A stretch of 64,000 bases of DNA, from assembly GCA_044338255.1 (NCBI GenBank), contig JBIILZ010000005.1:2718-66717 (forward strand), in the 5' to 3' direction. Below the pieces are notes generated by a model. That model saw only the letters and a program-made list of their open reading frames with translations, was not told the DNA's origin and made no database searches. Below, one piece after another: positions 45,338-52,646 of this stretch. The stretch's first letter is position 1; the number at the start of each line of letters is the position of its first letter. Source of the stretch: Planctomycetota bacterium (lineage in GTDB: Bacteria; Planctomycetota; UBA11346). Made by a program: the position numbers and the translations under genes.

Positions 45338-46402
45338 ATGCGCACCATCCGTGCCGCCGATGTCGTCAAACAACGCCTCGGCATCGCTGCCCGGCGCCTG
45401 GGTACCGCCAACCCGGCGACGGTGCTCGGGCGCATGCTCGACGACAGCTTCCGGCTGCCGCTGGGGGACCCCCGCTATCGGCAGAATCTCTTCACCCCCG
45501 GGCATATGCCGTTGGAACATTCCTTCTCGGAATATTCCGGGCATTCGCTGCGGCTCGATCTCGAACCCTTCGGTTCGGACATCTCGCCGCTGACCCGCCA
45601 ACAGGAGACCAGCCGGGCCATGCGCAGTCTGGTCAAGGGCACCTATGGCGATCAGGCCCTGCATTGGTTCGATCAGCGCAGCGAGCATTTCCGTCGCGGC
45701 CAGATGAGCGGGCACCATCGTTTTGGGGCGTGGTTTGGAGCCTCCTTCGATGATGGCGGGATGCGCGAGACCAAGGTCTATTATGAGTTGACCAACGACG
45801 ACCTTGAGGCCCTGCCGCCGAACCTGCTGCATGCCACGCGGGTAGCGATGGCGGCCTTGCCGGATCTGCGGCCCCTGGGTCTTTCGATCGCCTGCGGACG
45901 GAATTCCGGCGCTCAGCGCGTGTACCTGTTCCACAATGCCGACCTGCGCCTGCTCGATCTTGAACCGGTGATGAACAGTCTCGGCGTCGGCCATCAGCTG
46001 CCGAGCCTCCTGCAATCGCTGGGCCTGGTGCTCGGCGGACGCTTCACCCTGCCCAAGGGGGCGGCGATCATCGGCCTGCGCGATACCGCCAAGGGCGTCG
46101 AGATGTCGTTGTACACGCTGCTCCCGGCCTTCCCCGATCCACCGCGGGAGATGCATGGGCTGATCCAGATGCTCCTGCAGCAGCGACCGGATGCGCAGCG
46201 CAACTTCGCGCAGTGGCTACAGTCGATGACCCCCGATGACCGCAACGGTCCGGGCAACATCAGCACCGTCGGGGTACGCGTGACGCAGGCCCAACCGGCG
46301 CGGCTGAACATCTACTTCCTGCCGGTGGGGTATGATCGTCCGGCCGAACGCAGTCGTGACGAGGCTCGGGACGTCAGCGATCCGTACGCCCTGACGGCCT
46401 GA
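45338..46402 (+). CDS. DMATS/ABBA-type aromatic prenyltransferase-like protein
   Basis: SD aagga upstream. ..LPLGDPRYRQNLFTPGHMPLEHSFSE..SLRLDLEPFG.. resembles the N-terminal DMATS signature (P.LG..P...P.E.S.N...R...EP.G). Recurrent strand motifs are ETKVYYEL, QRVYLF and ARLNIYFLP. Confidence 0.45.
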   Translation: MRTIRAADVVKQRLGIAARRLGTANPATVLGRMLDDSFRLPLGDPRYRQNLFTPGHMPLEHSFSEYSGHSLRLDLEPFGSDISPLTRQQETSRAMRSLVKGTYGDQALHWFDQRSEHFRRGQMSGHHRFGAWFGASFDDGGMRETKVYYELTNDDLEALPPNLLHATRVAMAALPDLRPLGLSIACGRNSGAQRVYLFHNADLRLLDLEPVMNSLGVGHQLPSLLQSLGLVLGGRFTLPKGAAIIGLRDTAKGVEMSLYTLLPAFPDPPREMHGLIQMLLQQRPDAQRNFAQWLQSMTPDDRNGPGNISTVGVRVTQAQPARLNIYFLPVGYDRPAERSRDEARDVSDPYALTA

Positions 46403-46487
46403 TTCATTTCCGCACGCCACCATGGCCCACGGCCATGGTGGCGACACTCCGCTCAGTCGACCGCCGTTGGCGGTGAGGGACCTCTTC

Positions 46488-47786
46488 ATGACCAGCAAAA
46501 CACTCAGCGCCAGTCAACAGGCGATGGTGTCGGCCCAGGTTGATCGCTTGCTGGCGGGCAGCCAAGCGTGGCACACCCTGCCGCCGGCTGAACGCGAATC
46601 GATTCGCAGGCACACCGCGACCATCGCCGCGAGCATGGCCGCTGAGCGCCTGACGACGCTGGCCCATGGTCCCACGGGGGAGTCCGCTCCGCGCCCGGGA
46701 GGCGATCCCTATCATCAGCTCGGCGTACGCGCGCAGCCCGGAGCGCGCGCGCTGGCCGAAGCTCCGCCCTCGACGATCACCAGCAAAAGCAGCAATGGCA
46801 GCAATGTCTTCAAGGCCGAGGGCGTGGCCGCGGGAGTGACGCAGACCGCACGCATGGTGCGCGAGATCGACTTCCCGGCCTTCGTCTCGCAGTTGGTGCA
46901 CGGGACCTTCGACGCCGTGGTGCAATCCTCGATCACGCAGATGAAGGCCTACGGCGAACTGGTGCGCTCGGTGGCCATGTCGTTGAATGAATTCCGCGAT
47001 CAGAACGTGAGCATGGGTCAGGCCCGCGATCATCTGGTGCAGCGCTACCCGACGCTGTTTCAAATCAGCACCGATGAATCCGGGGGCGCCCGCGTCAGCT
47101 CCCGTCCCGGCGCCGAGAACGCGACCCTACCGAATTTCCGCCAGGATCTCGGGCTCAGTGATGACGTCGATGGCATCGACGATGATACCATCGAGGAGAA
47201 ACTGGTGCCGGCGGCGCGCGACGATTATGCCCGCAGCCGGCAGAAGCTGCTCGCGACCATGGTTCTCATGGGCATCAACCGCATCGTCGTCACCGATGGC
47301 AAGATCAATGCCAAGGTCCAGTTCAGCTTTCAGGCCAAGGACAAATTCAACCGCATGGCCACCGCCACCGACTATGAGAACATGGGCATCATGAAGGTCG
47401 CCCAAGGTTCCAGCGATGGTGCCAGCGGGGCCCTCGATGCCGATGGCAATCCCTCGCAGGTGCCGGTGCTCGATGCCCAGGGCAAGCTGATCCAGAATGG
47501 CCAGGGTAATCGGTATGCCACCGGCCAATATCAGAGTCTTGAGCAGCCGATCATCAAGATCGCCGAGACCAGCCAGAGCATGACCGATGCCAGTCTGACC
47601 GCGAGCGGTTCGATGATGGGCGAGGTCCAGCTCAACTTCAAAAGCGATGTCTTCCCGTTGGAGAAGATGCTCGATAGCGGCCAGATGTTCCGCCTCAATG
47701 CCATCCAGAGCGGGCCGGCCAGTGCTGCGCCAGCGGTTCCGGCGGCCGCCCCTGCTCCCGCCCCCGCAACCAGCGGCAGTCGCTGA
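46488..47786 (+). CDS. Cluster paralogue B (432 aa)
   Basis: Blocks IDFPAFVSQLVHGTFDAVVQSSITQMKAYGELV, LLATMVLMGINRIVVTDGKINAKVQF and MMGEVQLNFKSDVFPLEKM. SD gaggga upstream. Confidence 0.8.
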   Translation: MTSKTLSASQQAMVSAQVDRLLAGSQAWHTLPPAERESIRRHTATIAASMAAERLTTLAHGPTGESAPRPGGDPYHQLGVRAQPGARALAEAPPSTITSKSSNGSNVFKAEGVAAGVTQTARMVREIDFPAFVSQLVHGTFDAVVQSSITQMKAYGELVRSVAMSLNEFRDQNVSMGQARDHLVQRYPTLFQISTDESGGARVSSRPGAENATLPNFRQDLGLSDDVDGIDDDTIEEKLVPAARDDYARSRQKLLATMVLMGINRIVVTDGKINAKVQFSFQAKDKFNRMATATDYENMGIMKVAQGSSDGASGALDADGNPSQVPVLDAQGKLIQNGQGNRYATGQYQSLEQPIIKIAETSQSMTDASLTASGSMMGEVQLNFKSDVFPLEKMLDSGQMFRLNAIQSGPASAAPAVPAAAPAPAPATSGSR

Positions 47787-47792
47787 GGCGTC

Positions 47793-48932
47793 ATGGCCGT
47801 CGCTCCCGCTCCTGAAGCAGTTCGTCGACAGGTTGGTGCGGCCTTGGCCGCATCACCGGCGTTCACGGCCCTGCCCGCGGCTGAGCGCGAAGCGTTTACC
47901 AACAACCTTGCGAAAGTCGGGGTGTTCCTCGGGCAGAATCAGATACCGGCGGTAAAGAGCGCCCCGACGCTCAGGCCGGCGGCCCGGGCCCTGGCCAGCG
48001 CCGTCGACGATACCGCCAAACGCCTCTCGGAAAAACCCGGGCAGGTCGGCAACAACTTCACCGCCGGAGCGATGCGCGAAGGCAATGCGGTGTTCCGCGA
48101 CTTGGTCCAGGAAGTCGACTTCCCAGAATTCGTCTCGGGTCTGGTGAAGGGGGTCTTCAACGCCGTTGTCGACGCCTCGATCCAGCAGATGAAGGCCTAT
48201 GCCGACATGCTCGCAGCCGTGGCCAAGAGCGTCGATCAGTTCGCCGACGAGAACATCAGCGATGAGCAGGCGCGCACGCACCTCGCGGCGCAGAATCCGC
48301 AATTGCTTGAGGTCAGCGACAGCGGCAGCGGCCCACGCCTGCAGCTGAAGGATGGCGATGCCGATCTCAGCACCCTCGGCGAGCGCTACAAACTGATGTC
48401 GGTCGACGTCAGCGATGCCGCCAGCGAAACGGCCCTGGTCAACGCCGCCAAGCTGGAGCTTGCGCAGCAGCGTCAGCAACTGCTGTCGACCATGGTCCTG
48501 ATGGGCATCAACCGCATCGTCATCACCAACGGACGCATCAACGCCAAGGTCGTCTTCGATATCCATGCCAGCGACCAGGCCGATCGCCAGGCTCGCGCCT
48601 CGATGAGTGATGCCAGTGAAAGCTCGTCGGCGGCGGTGGCCGCAGTCGCCGCCCCGTGGGGCGCCGCCGGCGGTTACAGCAGCACCAGTCACCGCACGAC
48701 GGTGCGCAGTTCGATCAATGACAGCAGCGAATCGAAAGCTGACATGAATGCCAAGCTGAGCGGCGATGTGCTGTTGGCTTTCAAGTCCGAGACCCTCCCG
48801 CTCGAGCGCATGCTCGACCCCGGTGGCATCCAGCTGCTCACCAGCAAATCGCAACCTTTGCCGAGTTCTGGTCGTCCCGGCGCATCGCCGGTGGCGTCCC
48901 CAGCCCCTGTTCCGTCCGGAGCCCATCCATGA
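47793..48932 (+). CDS. Cluster paralogue C (379 aa)
   Basis: Blocks VDFPEFVSGLVKGVFNAVVDASIQQMKAYADML, LLSTMVLMGINRIVITNGRINAKVVF and LSGDVLLAFKSETLPLERM. Confidence 0.8.
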   Translation: MAVAPAPEAVRRQVGAALAASPAFTALPAAEREAFTNNLAKVGVFLGQNQIPAVKSAPTLRPAARALASAVDDTAKRLSEKPGQVGNNFTAGAMREGNAVFRDLVQEVDFPEFVSGLVKGVFNAVVDASIQQMKAYADMLAAVAKSVDQFADENISDEQARTHLAAQNPQLLEVSDSGSGPRLQLKDGDADLSTLGERYKLMSVDVSDAASETALVNAAKLELAQQRQQLLSTMVLMGINRIVITNGRINAKVVFDIHASDQADRQARASMSDASESSSAAVAAVAAPWGAAGGYSSTSHRTTVRSSINDSSESKADMNAKLSGDVLLAFKSETLPLERMLDPGGIQLLTSKSQPLPSSGRPGASPVASPAPVPSGAHP

Positions 48933-50200
48933 CTTATCTGCCTCCTTTGCGCTCCGTCAGCGTGGCTCCCACTTATCCGCCGCTGGCCTCGCCCATCCAG
49001 CGTCGATCGGCGCCGCCGGGTCCGCGCTATGGCCAGGTCGCGGCCCCGGTGCGGGCCCCGCAGCAGGTCGCCGACATCAGTACGCAAGTCACCCAGGCGC
49101 TGCGGCAGAATCCCGAATTCCGCAATCTGGAACCGCGCGAACGCGAAGCCCTGGAGCGCAATCTCGCCAAGATCACCGGCTATCTCAGCGATCCGGCAGC
49201 GGGTTTGCGCGGTGCGGCGCGGGCCAAGGCCCTGGCTCCGCATGAGCGTGGTCTGGCAGCGCGGGGTTTGGCCGATGATCAAGTCATCAGCGATCAGAAT
49301 CGGGTGATCACCCAACAGAATGACGGCGGGCAGATGGATCGGGGGATCAAGAATTTCAGCGGCGATGCCGCCAATGCTGGTAGCAAGGCCATGGCCGACC
49401 AGGTCCAGGCGATCAACTTCCCGAAATTCGTCGCCAGCCTGATTACCGGCGTTTTCAACGCCATCGTCGATGCCTCGATCAAGCAGATGAAAGCCTACGG
49501 TGACATGCTCGCCTCGGTGGCCAAGGCCGTCGATCAGTTCGCACAAGACCACATCACCATGCCCCAGGCCAAGCAGAATGTGCAGAAGAGCTTCCCCAAC
49601 ATCTTCGACATGATCGACAAGGGCGACGGCACGGGTAGCGATCTGAAGGTCAAGGACGGGGTCGATGCGATGCCCGATTTCAAGGCGAAATACGGTTTGG
49701 ATGAGGACGTCGACCCCACTGATCCCGAGGGCCTGGACAAGATCGTTATCGCCGCCCAGCTGCAACTGGCCCGCCAACGTCAACAGCAGCTGGCCTCGAT
49801 GGTGATGATGGGCGTCAACCGTATCGTGGTCACCGATGGCAAGATCAATGCCAAGGTCTTCATCGAGGTCAAGACCAAGGACAGTTCGACGCGCAACCGC
49901 AACATGGACCGTCATCAGAGCGACACCCAGATCCATCAGCAGGATAAACACGAGGGCAGCGTCTGGGGCACCGATGAGGAAGACACCCATGACACCCGCA
50001 TCTCGACCGCGAGTGTCAATGAGAGCGGCGGCAATGTCGATCAGAAGACCCTCGACACCAAGGCCCAGCTCACCGGGGAAGTCTCGATTAATTTCAAGAG
50101 CGACTACTTCCCCCTCGAAAAACTGACCTCGCCCGCCGATCTCACTAACATGCAAGAGATCGCGACTCCGAAGAGTGCTAAGGCACCCAGCGCAAGATGA
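48929..50200 (+). CDS. Cluster paralogue D (423 aa)
   Basis: Blocks INFPKFVASLITGVFNAIVDASIKQMKAYGDML, LASMVMMGVNRIVVTDGKINAKVFI and LTGEVSINFKSDYFPLEKL. ATGA overlap with paralogue C. Confidence 0.8.
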   Translation: MTYLPPLRSVSVAPTYPPLASPIQRRSAPPGPRYGQVAAPVRAPQQVADISTQVTQALRQNPEFRNLEPREREALERNLAKITGYLSDPAAGLRGAARAKALAPHERGLAARGLADDQVISDQNRVITQQNDGGQMDRGIKNFSGDAANAGSKAMADQVQAINFPKFVASLITGVFNAIVDASIKQMKAYGDMLASVAKAVDQFAQDHITMPQAKQNVQKSFPNIFDMIDKGDGTGSDLKVKDGVDAMPDFKAKYGLDEDVDPTDPEGLDKIVIAAQLQLARQRQQQLASMVMMGVNRIVVTDGKINAKVFIEVKTKDSSTRNRNMDRHQSDTQIHQQDKHEGSVWGTDEEDTHDTRISTASVNESGGNVDQKTLDTKAQLTGEVSINFKSDYFPLEKLTSPADLTNMQEIATPKSAKAPSAR

Positions 50201-51096
50201 ACGCCTCCGTCCCGGCAGCTTCGCGGCGGCGTCTGCCGTTCGCCTTGGCCAGTGCCGCCCGTCCGGCCTTACCGGGCCTGCCGGCATTGCGTCTGGCCTT
50301 GGCGCGCTGCGACGATCAATTGGCGCGGCATCTGGCGGCGGCAGTGGCGCGTTATGGCAGCGCCGCCCTCGACGTTGTCGACCTGCCCGATTTCGCTCCC
50401 GAAGCTATTGATGGTGAAGCCCTGCACATCGCCGCCGTGCTGCTGTGGACAGCGGAACTCGAAGCCGCCGGCCTGCCGGGTTTCCTCGAAGCCCTTGCCG
50501 AGCAGGTCGCGGATGGCCGTTGGCTGGCCGATCTCGGCAATGGCGGTATGCGCCTGCTGCGCTGGTGGCGCGAACGCAGCCAGCGCTTCACCGCCGATGA
50601 GCGCCTCGGCCTCTATCAGCGGATGTTCGGTGATGACTCCGGTTTTTCGCGGGATTTCGCGACCCTGGTCAATGCCCTCGACCAGTTGGGGCGGATCGCG
50701 GTCGGGGAAAATCCCGCGCATGTGCGGGCGCAGGTGACGCAGGCGGCGATGACCCTGGCCGGGCCGCTCAGCCGCCGGGCCACCGGCATCGCCGCCTTCG
50801 CCGCCCGCGACATCATCGCCCAGGTGCGCACGGCGATCGAGCTACTGACTCTTCCCGACATCACTGCTGCCCTGGGCGGCCAAGGGCCCTGGGCGGCGAT
50901 CCGCCTGCATGGTAACGAACTGCTCGGGCACGTGCCGGCCTGCACCGTGCACCTCGCCCGCGCTCGTGCCGGGCACCAGATCCTCACCTGGTTGGGCGAG
51001 CACGCGGCTGACCTTTCCGGCGGGATGCTCGCGGTCTCGCCCGGCGATGCCGCGGTCGATGCCGCGCAGGCGTGGCTTGCGGTCGAGGCTGGATGA
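50197..51096 (+). CDS. Cluster protein Y (299 aa), unknown, paralogous to the C-terminal half of X
   Basis: ..RFTADERLGLYQRMFG.. (50581-50630) aligns with X ..RFTEFERRSLYARTFG.. (44591-44640) with conserved flanks. ATGA overlap with paralogue D. Confidence 0.7.
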   Translation: MNASVPAASRRRLPFALASAARPALPGLPALRLALARCDDQLARHLAAAVARYGSAALDVVDLPDFAPEAIDGEALHIAAVLLWTAELEAAGLPGFLEALAEQVADGRWLADLGNGGMRLLRWWRERSQRFTADERLGLYQRMFGDDSGFSRDFATLVNALDQLGRIAVGENPAHVRAQVTQAAMTLAGPLSRRATGIAAFAARDIIAQVRTAIELLTLPDITAALGGQGPWAAIRLHGNELLGHVPACTVHLARARAGHQILTWLGEHAADLSGGMLAVSPGDAAVDAAQAWLAVEAG

Positions 51097-52631
51097 TGAC
51101 GGCGGCGGGCGCCATCCGGGCTCCGTGGTCCCACCAGCGCTCGGCGGTGTCCAAGGCTGTGCCAAAACCTCGACTGTGGGGCAGCCCCCGGGCGGCGGCG
51201 CAGCTCAGCCCCGAGCACGCGCAGGCGCAAAGCGCCGTGCGTCAGGCAGTCTCCGCCTTGGTGGCAAAGACTCCGGCGCTGCAGAGCCAGCCGCGCTTGG
51301 CGGCGGCCTTGGCCACACAATTGGAACAGGTGGCCCTCGTTGGCGCCGAGTTGCTCGCGGAGGACCGGCGCCTGACACGGCAGGTTAATGGCGCACGCGA
51401 GCAATCGCCACGCTCCCTGCGTCCACCTCTTGCACGTCCACCTTTTGCACGTCCACCTCTTGCACGTCCACCTCTTGCACACCTACCACTGGCACGCGCG
51501 CAACAAGCCAGCGAACATTTCGATCCGCGTGCCACCAATGCTGCCGCCGGGACGGTGCAGGCGCTGCGCGATGCCATCGATTTCCCGACCTTCGTGACCT
51601 CGTTGATCAACGGCGTCTTCCATTCTATCACCAGTTCGAACCTCTCGCAGATCACCGCCATCCAGGACCTGCTGAGCAATGTCACCGCCAGCTCCGATGG
51701 CTTCGCCGCCAGCAATATCAGCGACGCGCAGGTGCAGGCGTGGCTGACGTCGCGGTTTCCCTTCCTGACCCGCGGCAGCGACGGCATTCTGAGAGTGGCA
51801 CCGGAAGCCGATCTCAGCGACCAGCAGCCGACCTTGATGAGCAGCCTCGATGCCACTGCTGATGAAGTCGCGACCATTGATGAAAGCGAGCTGACGACAA
51901 CGCTACTGCCGCTGGCGCGGCGCAAGATGGGCCGCGATCGCCAGCAGGTGATGGCGACCCTGGTGATGATGGGGCTGCAGCGTGTGGTCGTCGATGATGG
52001 CCGTCTGCATGCCTCGATGGAGTTGCAGGTCGATGCGCGCAGCGCCGCCGAGCAGATGGAGGCCAGCCAGTTCGACACGCGCACTACCGCGGGAGTCTCG
52101 GCCAGCGCCAGTGCCGGACCATGGGGAGCCAGCGCCAGTGTCAGCACCACGGTCGGTTATGTGCGCAGCGATGCCCTGCATACCCAAGAAGAGATCGCCG
52201 CCCGCGCCGGACTGCGTTCGAGCGTCGATCTGACCTTCCGTACCGAGCAGGTGCCCTTGGACCGCATGGCCGATCAGCAGGCGCGTCAGGCGATCATGGC
52301 CCGCACGCCGGTGCCGACGAGCTGGAGCAATGCATCGCTGCTCGATCAGGGGAGCCACCTTAGCGCGCCGACATTTACCGCGCCGCCGGCTTTGCCCGCT
52401 CCACCGCCCGCTCCACCGCCCGCTCCACCGCCCGCTCCCGCTCCGCCAGCGAGTCGCCCGCCGGCGCCACCAGTCGTATCGCCGCCAGCCGCCAGTCGTG
52501 CACCGGCGCCACCGGCCGCTTCACCACCGGTCGTATCACCACCGGTCGTATCACCACCAGTCGTAGCACCACCAGTCGCATCATCACCGGTCGCGGCACC
52601 GGTGGTCTCACCCGCGCCACCGGCGCGTTGA
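51093..52631 (+). CDS. Cluster paralogue E (about 512 aa), the most divergent, with a roughly 90-aa Pro/Ala/Val-rich tail
   Basis: Blocks IDFPTFVTSLINGVFHSITSSNLSQITAIQDLL, VMATLVMMGLQRVVVDDGRLHASMEL and LRSSVDLTFRTEQVPLDRM. The start overlaps the Y stop. Confidence 0.75.
   Translation: MMTAAGAIRAPWSHQRSAVSKAVPKPRLWGSPRAAAQLSPEHAQAQSAVRQAVSALVAKTPALQSQPRLAAALATQLEQVALVGAELLAEDRRLTRQVNGAREQSPRSLRPPLARPPFARPPLARPPLAHLPLARAQQASEHFDPRATNAAAGTVQALRDAIDFPTFVTSLINGVFHSITSSNLSQITAIQDLLSNVTASSDGFAASNISDAQVQAWLTSRFPFLTRGSDGILRVAPEADLSDQQPTLMSSLDATADEVATIDESELTTTLLPLARRKMGRDRQQVMATLVMMGLQRVVVDDGRLHASMELQVDARSAAEQMEASQFDTRTTAGVSASASAGPWGASASVSTTVGYVRSDALHTQEEIAARAGLRSSVDLTFRTEQVPLDRMADQQARQAIMARTPVPTSWSNASLLDQGSHLSAPTFTAPPALPAPPPAPPPAPPPAPAPPASRPPAPPVVSPPAASRAPAPPAASPPVVSPPVVSPPVVAPPVASSPVAAPVVSPAPPAR
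51420..51494 (+). repeat. In-frame 15-bp tandem repeat x5 (RPPLA/RPPFA) in paralogue E
   Basis: cgtccacct(c/t)ttgca units read directly. Confidence 0.95.
52398..52595 (+). repeat. Composite in-frame tandem repeats in the paralogue E tail: 12 bp x3 (APPP) and 15 bp x5 (SPPVV-like)
   Basis: gctccaccgccc x3 (52398-52433) and tcaccaccggtcgta-type units (52521-52595), read directly. Confidence 0.9.
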
Positions 52632-52646
52632 TCGGGAGCTTCTGCC

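Noticed and set aside
41961-46402. A cyanobactin/RiPP-like reading (S8 protease plus prenyltransferase-like enzyme).
   Set aside because: There is no short precursor peptide with repeated recognition sequences, and no heterocyclase, oxidase or transporter. The abundant partners are 380-520-aa proteins rather than peptides. Protein-level modification remains possible and is listed under findings.
41730-52150. Long minus-strand ORFs inside the cluster (41730-43730, 47853-48926, 48689-50287, 51242-52150 and others).
   Set aside because: Each lies opposite a plus-strand gene that has conserved paralogue blocks or catalytic motifs, plausible SD sequences and operon-style junctions. The antisense translations are Arg/Gly/Ala-rich noise.
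39561-52631. Interpreting the paralogues as contractile-injection/T6SS parts or as gas-vesicle proteins. Block 3, LxVxLxFKSDxFPLEKM, is faintly reminiscent of the TssB ..F.SMDDF.P.. motif.
   Set aside because: The resemblance covers only a handful of residues. I can see no TssC/sheath, Hcp/tube, VgrG/spike, baseplate, ClpV, GvpA or GvpN homologue anywhere in the cluster. This remains a hypothesis for structure-based testing only.
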